A DNA stretch of 64,000 nt from Camelus dromedarius. Taxonomy: Eukaryota. This document shows positions 25,915 through 38,849 of this stretch, piece by piece (within the stretch, counting starts at the first letter, position 1; each line of letters begins with the position of its first letter). A program made the translations under genes and the position numbers. The notes beneath the pieces are model-generated. The model was not told where the DNA came from. It saw only the letters and a list, made by a program, of their open reading frames with translations, and made no database searches. Where the stretch lies: NCBI RefSeq assembly GCF_036321535.1, contig NC_087437.1, positions 92,878,001 through 92,942,000 on the forward strand, read 5' to 3'.

Positions 25915-27280
25915 AAAAATATTTTGAAATAATTAAAGACCACAGGAGGTTGCAGAAATAGTGCAGAGAAGGCTTTTTGTACTCTTAGCCAAGCTTGCCC
26001 AAGGGGTAATATCTTGCTTAACTGTATTGCAGTGTCTAAACCAGGAAATTGACATTGATACAATCTGCAGACCTCATTCAGATTTCAACAGTTTTTACAT
26101 GTACTTCTTTGCAGTTTTATCACAAGTATATATTATTTTAACTGCCACTACAATGACAATACACAACTGTTCCTTCACCACAAAGAAACTCTTTATTCCT
26201 TTATACTGTTCCCACTCTCTCATCCCTAAACTCTGGCAATTACTGATCTATTTTACATCTCTATAATTTTTCATTTTTGAATGTTATATAAATCAAATCA
26301 TAGAATATGTAATCTTCGGAGATTGGCTTTTTTTCCCCTTCACTCAGAAATTGCCTTTGAGATCTATTCAAGTTACATATATCAATAGTTTGTTCCATTT
26401 TGTTACTTAATAGTATTCCATTGAATAGCTGTACCACAGTTTGTTTAGTCATTCACCTATTGAAGGACAACTGGATTGTTTCCAGTTTTTGGCTATTAAA
26501 AATACTGCAATAAAGCTAAGGTTTGGGTACTTATATGTGGGTGTTATTTCTTTGGGAGAAATAGCTAGGAGAGTAATTGTTGGGTCCTATGACAAGTGTA
26601 TGTCTAGTTTTGTAAGAAACAACCAAACTATTTTTCATGGTATCTGTACCATTTTGCATTCCCACCAGGAATGTACGAGGGATCTAGCTTATTTACATCC
26701 TTCCCAGCATTTGTTATTACACTTTTTTTAATGTTAGTTGTTATAATAGGTATGTAGTGATAGGCCATTGTGGTTTTAATTTGCATTTTTCTAATAATTA
26801 TGTTGAAAGTATTTTACAGTGTTACTTGCCATCTGTATATCCTCTTTGGTGAAATAGCTCTTCATGTCTTTTGTCCATTTTCTCACTGGATTGATTTTTC
26901 TTTTTTTTACCTTTGAGTCTTGAGACTTCTTTATGTGTGTATTCTAGAGACAAGTCCTTTGTCAGATATTTGTTTTGCAAATATTTTATCCTATTGTAGT
27001 TTGCCTTTTCATCTTTTTAACAGGGTCTTTCATAGAACAAAAGTTTTAAGATTTGATGAAGTCCAGTTTATTGATGTTTTTGTTGTATGGATTGTGCTTT
27101 TGTTGTCACGTAGGAGAGCTCTTTGTCTAGCTCTAGGATCTGAAGATTTCCTGTAACGTTTTCTCCTAGAAGTTTTATTGTTTTACATTTTACATTTAAG
27201 TCTATGATCCCTTTTGAGTTGATTTTTGCTTAAGGTTTAAGTCGAAGTTTTGTTTTTTTTTTTATTGCCTAAGAATGTTT
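25915..27280 (-). mobile_element. Old L1 3' portion (L1MB/MC-like; ORF2 C-terminal remnant + 3'UTR)
   Basis: tgtaccattttgcattcccaccagg; ggccattgtggttttaatttgcatt; agtcctttgtcagatat; tttaagtctatgatcccttttgagttgattttt. Confidence 0.8.
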
Positions 27281-29142
27281 GATTCTTTTTTAAGATCATA
27301 AACTGTGACAGACTTTTATTGGGGAGCCACTTGGCCAAGAATAAATTAGTGTTTAGTCAGGTCTCACTGAAATAGATGAACAATGACAATTTTAAGTATA
27401 TTATAGTTTATTGAAAGAAGAGAGAACTAATTAGCCTGTCAGGTTTTTGTTTTTTTTTTAAATTTCTGAGATCTTATTTTAACGTTAGTTATTATCATAA
27501 GGCAGCCCCCATAAACTTTAAGAAGCAGGGGGAAAATAATTTGTAAAAGACACAATAATTTATTCTCAAGTAGTTATTTGAGAGTTTTCCAGTTTTTTAT
27601 TTGCATATTTTTATCATGTGATAGCACTGTTTTGATTTATATTCAAACATAATAGATATTAATCTGCATAGATTGAATTTGTAATTTTAATTTGACTTTT
27701 CAAGGTTTTTCTTGTTTCATGTCCTTTACTTAGAACCCCACTCATTTTAGCATATATTCTCCAGTTCTACATTATAAAAAAACACTGCTTTGAAAAACAG
27801 TATTTCATTCTTTCAATGTGTTTGTTTATTTAACTTAAACAACAAATAAATCTCGAAAGATTTTTGTTATACTCTCACTTGTAGGAATGAATTTGTTTAA
27901 TCTTATCTAAGGTAATTTAGTATTTCCCAAGATTAGTTGCTTTTTATCTACCTGAAATTAGCCTTTGGTTTTATTTGAATCTTAATATTTACTTTGATGT
28001 TTGTCAGGATTCATTGTGCTATTAATAATTAGAAATCAGAACATGTCAATTTCCCAACCAAATTGGTTAGATATTATGAGATGAAAGTTGTTAGTACATT
28101 TATTTGGTGAAATCTGGAAAGTTTATGAATAAGAGAGCTAAAAATTTACCTACTTCAAACAGAAAAGTAAAGTGGAACTTTTGAGGATGTGTTCATGCTA
28201 CAATAATTACTAGTTGTGATGAGTCTAAGGCACTAAACATCCAAAAGAGACGTCTGCTAGCTCTACTGATAATAGGTTATCATCATCATCATCACAGTAA
28301 CAATTTTTATTACAATTTATATGTACATCATTTTATGTGCATTAGGTTTGAGATTCTGCAGTTTTAAGAAGCTCCCAGGTGATGCTAATGCTCCTGTTTC
28401 CCAGATGATATTTTGAGTATCACATCAGGGCATGGTCCCAAAGCTGAGTTAATAATGGGCCAAATTAATTATAAGTAAATATTCCAATTTTTTAATATAT
28501 ATACATATAAATACATAGATACTGGTATAACTAATCCATATATACTAGTATAGTTAACTGGGATTATTTAATTTTTTAATGGTCACAATGATTTTCTAAC
28601 TTATTTTAGGTAAAAGAAGATTTTTTAGTATTAAAGTTACTTTTCTTACAGATTCACTGTTTTACTGTTGCATATGAGTCTTATAAGATAGAGAAAGTGA
28701 TCCCATAGAGTAAATTACTCTCCACACGTGGTGTTCCGGGGAGTACACAGTTGTCTGAGTCACAGACTCTTTCCTTAATTTGCTATTTAACAAATCGATT
28801 TTTGACTTCCTCTTTGTCCCAGGCATTTTTCTGTGTGATAGCAGAACAAATATAAGTTTCCTGCCTGATGGGAGCTCTAACTGGGGAGATGGACAAGAAA
28901 ACACAGTTATAGTGGATATTTGTGCATAAAATTCACTGTAAAACAGATGAAAGTGTATCCTATTCTGTAAAGGAAGGGGAGTGTGTAGCACGAAGGAGTT
29001 CATTTGAATTGCTTTGAATTCTAAAAATTAATTCTCTGTAAAAGAAGGACTGGGTCTTGAAGAATGTGAACAGAGTCTATGAGACTTTTTTTGGAAAGAG
29101 TCAAAAATATGGTAGCTAATACACTAATCTTTATTAAAACTA

Positions 29143-29473
29143 CAATTGGCCCTATGAATCTGTGAGTTCTGCATCTGAGGATTTAACCAACCATGGATTG
29201 AAAATATTTGGAAATAAAAAATTCCAGAAAGTTCCCCAAAGTAGAACTTGAATTTGCTTTGCACTGGCAGATATTTACACAGCATTTACATTGTATTAGG
29301 TATTATAAATAACCTAGAGATAATTTCAAGTATATGGGAGGATGTGTGTAGGCTACATGTACATACTATGTGCTATGACATCTTACATGAAGGACTGGAG
29401 CATCTATGGGTTTTGGTACCTGCAGGAAGAGGGGTCCTGGAACCAATCCCCCACGGATACTGAGGGATGACTG
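29143..29473 (-). mobile_element. Tigger-derived MITE (MER2-like)
   Basis: Imperfect terminal inverted repeats caattggccct... / ...gagggatgactg; ggggtcctggaaccaatcccccacggatac. Confidence 0.8.
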
Positions 29474-29847
29474 CATAATAAGTTATTTTTGACCTTTACA
29501 TGCTTTCGTTGCTTTTAAGTGGAAGTTTATTTGCAAAAGTGAGTCAGTTGCAACGTGTGCTTATGTAAGAGTTGCCACATTGTGTAAGGACTGAAGCCTC
29601 TAAAATAGTTTATAAGTCATATTTGATAACATCAGTATGTTTCTTTATAGCAGATAAGCCCATTTTGGAAGGGATTGTGGACTATTTTTAGAGGCAATGA
29701 GGCAATTCCTGAGTAAGGCAAGGACACTTATTCCTGAATGAGTCAGGGGGACATTTTGACTATTATCACCCAGTCAGGAAGTTTGCAGAAATACAAATGA
29801 ATGCTGAGTGCCTCTGCCTGGCCTCACCCTAAGTGTATCAGCTAGAT

Positions 29848-30160
29848 CAGCACTATCCCATAGACATATAATATGAGCCACGTATATAATTTTAAATTTT
29901 CTATTAGCCACATTAAAAAATTAAAAAGAAACAGATAAAATTAGTTTTATAATATATGCTATTTAAACCAGTGTATTAAAAACTATTACTTTTTCAGCAT
30001 TAAAAAATTACTCATGAGATATTTTACATTTGTTTTTCATACTCAGTCTTTGGAATCTGATGTGAATTTTGCACTTACAGCACATCTCAATTGAGACCAG
30101 CCATATTTCAAGTGCTCAGTAACCACATGTGGCTAGTGGCTACCATGTAAGAGAGTGCAG
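29848..30160. mobile_element. hAT MITE (MER33/MER3-like)
   Basis: tttaaattttctattagccacattaaaaaa...agccatatttcaagtgctcagtaaccacatgtggctagtggctacc. Confidence 0.8.
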
Positions 30161-30239
30161 CCTTAGATTGTATATTTCATTGAGAAGCTTTATAGAAAAA
30201 GTTGATATGACCCATAAAGACATTGAAGGGGAAGATTAA

Positions 30240-30279
30240 GGGGAGGGGGGGAGGGGGAGGGGGGAGAGAGAGAGAGAGA
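30240..30279 (+). repeat. Pure-purine tract: four G-runs followed by (GA)n
   Basis: ggggagggggggagggggaggggggagagagagagagaga. Confidence 0.9.
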
Positions 30280-33200
30280 ATAGTTTAATTAGCCTTGATA
30301 ACAGAGGTAAGTAGATCCATAGAGCTTCTGATTTTGCCTGAGAGAGTCAGGAATGATTGCCTGGTGACTTATTTTAGACTTGAAAAGAGAGAAATGGATG
30401 GCATCTTAAATGTAGACATGGAGATATGCCACATACTTCATTAGCCTGGAGGTGTCTAGGTAGCCACATTTTCCCCCATTTATTTGTCCACACTGCCCTT
30501 TTCATTTAGTTGATTCGTATTTATGTCATATTTTCATATGCTGCATGCATTACATCTGTCCCATGAAGCAAAAACAAACACAAAACAAAATAAAAACATG
30601 GGTCAGCCAAAGTAAATGTGGTCTTTCTCAATGAAGTAACTGAGATCAGGTGGCTGCTCTATGCTCTAATAGTCCTAGACCTTTCGGGATATGCCAACCT
30701 CACTTTGACGCAGCCCAAGTGACAGCTGTTCCTAACTGCCTTGTCCCAAGAATCTTGCTACGTGCAGCGACTCATTATGACTTGCATTATTCCTGAGTTG
30801 GTCTCAGCTTTTATAAGAGAGGAGGGTTGGAAGGATGCTCCTTGATCACTCATCAAACTGTTGACAATAGTTTGAGTGTGTGTGTGTGCACAAACATATG
30901 TGTACCTTATGTTTTATGACCTTTACTTCATAACTTGCTTTTATTTCCTTTAGATGATAATTTCTTCAGTTTAGACTTTTTGATTCATTTTGCACGTACT
31001 CACTTTGCATACTTAATAGTTATCTTTGTAATAATAGCTAAAACCATCACTGTTTATAAAAGTATTTGCCTTCATGAGCAGTCCATCAGATTCTTCCTAT
31101 GGGGTGCCATTTTCCTTCTCTTTTTAGTCTTGTGTTTTCCACACTGTAGCTGCTCACTACATGCTGACTCATTTAGTATCCCCACAATGCTGGGTGTGTG
31201 CTGTGAATTTAAGAAGAGAAGAATATATTTAGGGAACATGTTATTGTCTTTTAGGTGCTTTCCATAGAGTTCAGAGAAGAGGTTTGCCCTGAAGGGGTGC
31301 TTTGCAAATAGGTACTGACTGGGGGGTCTAGTCCAGCTTGTTCTGTGATATTAGAAATACAGAAATATTTATTACCATAGTTGTTGGAGGGTCCCTAGAA
31401 ACGCTTGAAAGTAATTCTTCTATCATGTAGTGGCCTGTGGTGGGCAAAACCTTTCTCACATACAGCTTAACCTTTCTCGTGTCTAATGCTACTTGTGAAG
31501 AAGATTGTAATTTGTGCATTGTGCTTTTATCAGGTTGCTGTTCCCAATGCAGTTAGTGTAATTTTTCATTTCCTAACAGACCTCGGGCAATTCTGTTTAA
31601 CATGCTTTCTATTTCAGAACATTCTCCTATTTAAAAAACTCCTTTTGCCTCAGGCCCAACGTGCTTTTCCAGCCAGGCCACTAGTAATTTCTATCCTTGC
31701 CGGCTTCATTCACCTTCACTGTTAAAATTCTATATAGATTTCCTAGGAATGCCTTTTTGGGTGTGTTTACTGGATAGCAAATGCTGAGACACCTGTGCCT
31801 TCTATTTGTTGATATCACTGTGGTACACAAAATTATTGTTTCATTTCTATTACTGAGAAGATGACATAACCTTGTTTTTAATTTTATTGCAAACCTTAGT
31901 TTTCTAGATTGTAAACCAGACTTTGCTTTCTTAATGAATAGAGTTCTAACTTTCCATCTGAACTTTTAAAGTCATCCACAGAATTTTCTTGAACCACAGA
32001 ATTCATGCTAGAATAAAAGACTATTTAAAAGCTATTGTTTCATTTAATAGGCAGCAAATTCCTTTTTTTAAGGTGTTATCTTAAAAGTGAATGAAACAAA
32101 TTACCTGGATTGCCTTCGCAAAGGATCATGAATTAAGCTTGATTTTGGCTCGAGATAAGACAGCATTCTCAGCTGAGGTTCTTACAGCTGCTTAGGGGTT
32201 CAGATTCTGAAATAATGACATCCTCTTGAGGGATTTAGGTTTTTAATGGGAAAGTCTGGTAAACAGAGGTGTGTAAGAGAAAGCCATTGTTCTGTCATCA
32301 TTGCCACTGATGACTTATACCAAGGTAGCTTTTGAAATATCTATATAATAATGTCAAGGTTTTCTGGCAGTTCTCGGAAATAAATATGGACAGAGACTTA
32401 GGGCTAAACTAAAATTAGAACTCTGGCCATGCTATAAATATGTATTATGCATTTGTATATATCATATGTATTAAATGTGTGCATCTGTGTGTGTATAAAA
32501 TGGCTTTTTTTTATCATGTCTGAGTTGAAATAAATGTTTTCCCATTCATTGTGCTGATATCTGTGTACAAACACGGGAGAAAATGGGGATTTCTTTTCTT
32601 TGGGGATAGTCATCATAGTGTTAAAAAGGAGAAAGGAAGAGTACTTCTTTTTTGGGTTATAGTTTGCATTTTAAATTTCATTGCTTTTCCTCTCAACTTC
32701 CATCTGTGTTGACATTTGGGAATTTTGTCGTTGCTCTTTCTCAAGTGGAGTGGAACAGCTTAAAACAGAATTTACACTTAGAGATACAACCCAGTCTCTA
32801 TCATGTCGTGATTCACTCTGGGTCCCGATACTTTTTCTTTGGCTCAAAAAAAAAAAAAAAAATGAAACATTTGATTGAGCAAAATATTTCTAAAACTTAT
32901 AATGCTACTGATTATTATATATTATTAGCAATGATTTTTGCACTAATGGAAACTTCAGGCTGAAAATACAAGGATAAATATTAGTTTTAGGCACTTGATA
33001 CTTTATGGCATTCAAAGAGATGTTTTCATACAGATATGTTGTTAATTAATTGCTATTTATTAATGTCATTGTGGTTTTATTTTATTTTAGTTTACTTTTG
33101 ATTAAGATTCAATTGTAATCTAGGAAATAATACAATTGTGGACAAGCCACAAATAACCAGATTGGGTTGCTGTATGACTTTCGTTGACTCTATGCTCCAC

Positions 33201-33371
33201 TTTTTTTTTTTTTTTTTAACTTTCTAAGTCCCAGTCACTTGGCATTTTCTGTGCATGTGTGTGTGTGTGTGTTTGTGTGTTTGTGTATCTACATGTGTGA
33301 TATCTTTGCTGAATCATTAATGGCCTGGACCTCCATCCAGTGACTAAGTAGGCTTCGCTGATTGATTCTGG

Positions 33372-33740
33372 CTTTGGTCAGTTTGGTTTGCTATAAGAGA
33401 GTACCATAGATTGGGTGGCTTAAACAAGAGAAATTTATTTCTCACATTTCTGGAGGCTGGGAAGGCCAAGATCAAAGCACCAACAGATTCATTCTCTGGT
33501 GAACACTCTTTCTGGTTCGGAAATGCCTGTCTTCTTCTTGTATCCTCAACTGGCAGAGAGAGGAGAGAAGGAAAGGAAGCAAGTTCTTTCTAGTCTCTTC
33601 TTATAAGGACAGTAATCCCATTCTTGAGGGCTCTGCTCTCCTGATCACATCCCAAAGGCTCTGCCTCCTAATACCATCACAGTTGGGGTTAGAATGTCAA
33701 TATATGAATTTGGGGGATGCGCAAACATTTAGTCCTTAAT
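33372..33740 (-). mobile_element. MaLR solo LTR (MLT1A-like)
   Basis: taccatagattgggtggcttaaacaagagaaatttatttctcaca...cctaataccatcaca...atatgaatttgggggatgcgcaaacatttagtcc. Confidence 0.8.
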
Positions 33741-35114
33741 GTTTCCCTAAGATTTTTTTCTAGCTGTTACTGTGATGGATTCTTTTAGAAAAAGAAATAG
33801 TTTTTAGGTTTTGAACAAAGTATGTGGCTGTGTGTGCATGTGTGGTATTTTCCAACACTGTTAGGCAATATAGTAGAAGCTCATTGTTGTTTCCTAATGA
33901 AGCCATCAGACTAGTGATCATTTAATAGTAAAATCACTTTTAATAATGAGGACTACGTGATTGAATTTAGGTAGTAGTAGATCTTGGGGGCCATTAAATT
34001 TAAGTACTGTGAAAGGTAAAAAAAAAAAAAAAAGAAATAGTAAAAGTCTTCCAAAATTTGTTACCTTCAAATTGGAAAAACTGGAATCATTAAATGTCCC
34101 AGGATTCCTGGGAAGTAAGGCAGGGGCCTGGTTATAGGCAGATAAAAGTCATTCAGTGAGTTGCATGGGAAGAAATAGTTACACTATTTATTTCCTTAAA
34201 TTGAAACAATTATAATGACTTTTCTTGGAGAAAAAAGAATAATATTTATGGGAAGTTCATGTACAATCCAAGAAGGAAAAGATACTTCAAGAGCATTTAC
34301 TGCATTTTAGATTTTCTTCCAAGAAGTAGCAATAAAAACAGTGCTTACTCCTGATTGAACAGATACGAGTGGTTGTCATATCAACAATTAAGTGTTCACT
34401 TTAATATTGTTTTTGACAAGATTCTAAGCCACTTCTTTTCTTTTTCTTCCTGGCCTAGTCATCAGAAATCTGCAGGAGTACTTATGAAGAATGAAAGGAT
34501 GCAAGTAATTTATACTAGATTTCTTTATGTTGTCCTGCGATTTTTCAGTGTAGTGCAATGTAGTAGAATTGGTGTGTGTTAGTGAGTCTGTTACATAAGG
34601 AAGTATTTGTTTCTTGAGTGAATGAATTCATGCAGAGTAGAGACCCTACACATATATTTCTATATTGTCTTAATAAAAGCTAACTGGCAGTTTCAGAGAC
34701 AAATATACATTTATTAGATACTAGCCGTATTTTGTAGTAACTGAGACTTTTATCCTGTTTTCTTTCCTTCTGTTTGCTTTCTCTGTTTCTGTTCTATGGC
34801 CTTTAATTGCTTTTCTGGCTAGTCAGCCAATTAGAAGTAAAGTGATATTGTTAATAGCTGATAATAACTTAGTGTTATACTCTTATATATTATGTGCATT
34901 TAAATGATGGTGTTTGTAGGCTGATCCAAGATCAGCCATTTGAGAATTTATGAATGTTTCAGCTGTCAATGGGAGAATTTTTTTTTTAACTGATATATAC
35001 TCATATGTAATGTTGGTTCTTAAAAAGCCAAACCAAACAGGAATAAAATCCCCAGAAAAACATAAAATCATGAACTACCTGGTCACTTTTTGGAGACCAC
35101 CTAATTTCTAATTA

Positions 35115-35349
35115 CAATTGACCTTTGAACAACACAGGCTTGAACTGCACTGGCCCACTTACAAGTGGGATTTTTCCCCCTAGTTAATACTACATTACTA
35201 CAGGATCCGAGGTTGGTTGAATTTGCCAACAAACTCTGTATACTGAGAAACCCAATATAGGGAAGGCCAACTATAAGTTAACTTGCAGACTTTCTGCTGT
35301 GTGGAGGGTGGGCACCCCCAACCCTGCTGCCCTGTTCAAGGGTGAACTG
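35115..35349. mobile_element. Tigger2-family MITE (MER8-like)
   Basis: TIRs caattgacctttgaaca / tgttcaagggtgaactg with TA on both flanks. Confidence 0.85.
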
Positions 35350-37419
35350 TACTCTTTTCTAAGTAAATACACTAGGCAGGAGAGAACTGTAATGAGGGAA
35401 ATCGCTGTATTAACTAGCCAGAGGCCGCAAGATAAGTCCCAGAATGGAGAATGATAGGAGATAGCTGAAGTCCCTTAGAAATTTTTGCTTTCTCTCTCTA
35501 TCAGTGAAAATAGCCAAGAATAGTGTCTCCATCATCTGTGGATCTTGTTAAAATGCAGATACAGTAGATCTGGGGTGGGGCCTGTGAGTTTGCATTTTGA
35601 ACAAGTTCCCGGGTAATGCTGCTGGACCAGAGTTTGAGTAGTAAGGCCAAAGAATGCATGAAATTGTTGACTAGATGGTCTACTTTTCCCCTCCAACGTT
35701 TATCAGTTTTTTTTTCTTCCTTTCTTTTCCTTCCTCCCTTCCTTCCTTTATTTTCTTTCTTTCACCTTAGTTGCAAAATCAACATTTACTTATGTTTTCA
35801 ATTAAATCAGTCTTTTAGTTTATTGTAAGAATCTATTATTTTTTTCTGTAGTGTTTGTAATACATAAAAATACATCACTGCCAGTCAAAGTCTTGCAAAT
35901 TTTTCAGCTAAATTTAGATTTTTTCCTTTATCTCTGTTTCACAAATTAAGGAGCCTGTGCTGTTCTACACTGAGTGACTCTTCTAAGATGGTAGAATTTC
36001 TCTGTATAAGTGCTTAACTCAGTTCTAGTAGTCTTCACATCGTACTAAAATATCCCATGTTGAAATAAACAGATATTCTAGTGATCCTGTGGTCATTTTT
36101 GTAGAAGTTTTATTGCTTTCTTCAAAGCACATTCCTTATGTCACTCAGAGGATTTTTGTGTGTGTGTGTGTCTGTGGAACAGAATTAACATGTCAGGATT
36201 TTACCATAACCAAATCATGATTTAATCTTTCAATTAGAAAATCATTCGTTTTGCCACCTGAATTTTCTCAAGTCATCCAGCATCTGATACTATTTGTACA
36301 AATCAAGAGAAGGAAATGATTTTCTTATAATCCACTTGAGACAATTAATGCAAGAAAATATAGTTAGCAAGCTGCTCTGTAGAAGTGATGACTACAAAGG
36401 GAGTTTTGTACATTTTACAGATGGGAAGAAGTGCACATAATAATTAAGAGTAAGGATTTTGGGGTGAGATTAGGTTTAAATTTTGGCTCTGCTTTGGGGC
36501 TTTTTTATTTCATTGAGCTACAGTCTTTTCATATGTGAAAATAAAGCAAATAATACTATGTGCCAGAGTGGTTCCAAGGATTAACTTTAGTGTGAAGATA
36601 TATTTAAGGGATGCAACATGTTGCTGGTCAGATACTAAACACTGAAATAAATAGGAGCCATTGTTAATATTATTTATTATCACATTTTCTTGGAACTAAA
36701 GGGAAATTTAGGTGTGAATTAGACCAAAAAAGGTGGGAAAGTGTAGATTAAATAAGAATACAATAATGTGTAGTAGTTTATTTAAATTTTTATTTTATTA
36801 TGGACCCTAGAAAAGAATTTTAGAAACTTAAGCAAAAGTTGCCTAATTTATATAATGTTTGGATATATGTTTATGATTAAAAATAAAAATGAGAAAATTG
36901 GAAGAAATGTTTTTCTAAAGAAGTAGAATATAAAACTCCTCGTATGATGACAAATCTAGGTAAAATTAGCTTAAGCTATTTGGGAAGCCTCACAGAAAAG
37001 ACTCAAGTTGACAAAGAAAACACTCTCCATGAAATCAAGTCAGCTACAGACTCAGTGTGACCACATTATTCTTGTTGCCTAAGTTGATGGACAGAAAGCT
37101 GCCTTATTTTTTCTGTTAAGGAAAGTTAGATTCTTAGATTCAAACTCTCCTGAGTAAGGTGTTAGCTCACTCTGTATTTATCAGGGAGTATGTTAGATTT
37201 TAGGAGGTGTGCCTCTATCCTTTGTTCTTAAGCAGTTATTGCCTAGTTGGAGGTATTAAGAATAATCCACTGTTAAATACCAGTGTACAAAACTTACTTG
37301 ATAACCAAGATATAAGTAAATTCCAAGATCTAGAAGGTATATACACAGAAGTTTTGATTTCACATGATATTTTGCTTAAAACATGTGAACTGGCTGATTG
37401 GTAGATTGACAATATATGT

Positions 37420-37650
37420 ATGTTGCAGTGATTAAAAGCTGAGGCTTGGGTCAGTTGGCCTGTGTTCAAATCCCAGCTCCCTGACTTAATGGTTTTATGA
37501 CATGGATAAGTTATTTAACTTCTCTAACCTCAATTTTTAAAATCTTTAATATAGGGACTATAATACTAGCTTTATTGAGATTTTGAAATGAGATAATCCA
37601 TAAAAAGACTGCCTGCCAAGAAAGAAGTGCTCAGTAAATATTACTGATGG
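37420..37650 (+). mobile_element. MIR SINE relic
   Basis: cctgtgttcaaatcccagctcc...tgacatggataagttatttaacttctctaacctcaatttt...aagtgctcagtaaatatta. Confidence 0.75.
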
Positions 37651-37837
37651 TGATAAGGAGATGTGGCTGATAGAGCAATCTTGGAAATTACGTTGCAGCG
37701 TATACAGTTTTTATGATGCTAACGGGTGATGAGAGCAACAAGGATCAAATACATAACCATACCCAACCCCTAAAAGTTAGAATTTTTCTCTAGGTTTCTC
37801 TCTTCAAGTGATTGCATCTGTCACCATAGCTTTAAAT

Positions 37838-38158
37838 CAGTGCTTTCCAACTTGTAGTGAGTGATGAAGGGATAGTCTTTTTTTCTTTTTATTTTGTTTC
37901 CTAATTTATTATCTACCATCAACTGATACTTTTCTAAAATTTCACATGAATTATTAGAATAATCAAATTTAAAAAGACATACAAAATAAAAGCCCTAGTT
38001 TTTAAATTAAATCCGAAAGATATAAAACTACTCTATACAATTGCTATAAAAGTTTCTAAGTGCTTACTCTCAATTTTGGTACTTATCTTGTCATGGACCA
38101 GTGATAAACAGTAGGCAACTCAGCACTGGTCCATGGATCACACTTTTGAGTGTAGTGC
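37838..38158. mobile_element. hAT/Charlie-like DNA transposon relic
   Basis: Starts cagtgctttccaac, ends cacttttgagtgtagtg; similar to 8392-8675. Confidence 0.5.
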
Positions 38159-38849
38159 TTTAGATATCATGTATATGTTCATTTACTTCAAAATTTGTCT
38201 CTATACCCATATCCTTTCCCTGACTGTTACATTCACATTTGGAGATGACCATCTCTTTCTTTTAGGTAAATGGCACTGCATATCTAGTCAGTAGAAACCT
38301 GGTACTACATTGATTCCTTTCTTTCCTCCTCCCCACCTTGGTTAATGTCCTATTGTTTTACATCTCTGGTGCTAACACTCTTATCAAGCCACTATTAGCG
38401 TCTGATCCAGTTTGGAACTGGCCTTCCTGCTTCTGTTCTCTACCTGCTTCCCCCACGCCCCACCCCAGCCCCTTCTATTTCCCACATATCTACAAGAATT
38501 ATTTTTCTTAAAAAGCGAGCCTTTTTATAACCTTCGATGTCTTTGTATTTTCATTACAGTTTCTTTGGCTGAATGGTATGTAATAATTACAGTTCAAAGT
38601 GTTAGGAGGCAATTGCAGCTCTCTAGGTAAGTGTTACGGTAGCTTAGGATGGGGTGGTGGTTGTGTAAATGGAAGAAAAGATACTGATTTAAGAGATTGT
38701 GAAGTATTAACATAAATACAAATAAAGGAGGCATGGAGATCATTTATAGGTTTTATAAGGAAAGGAATACTATTCTCTTCAAGATCTACCTTTATGCCTT
38801 TCAGTTTTGTCAGACCTGTAACTAAGCCTAGCCTTTCACTTGCTAGTCT

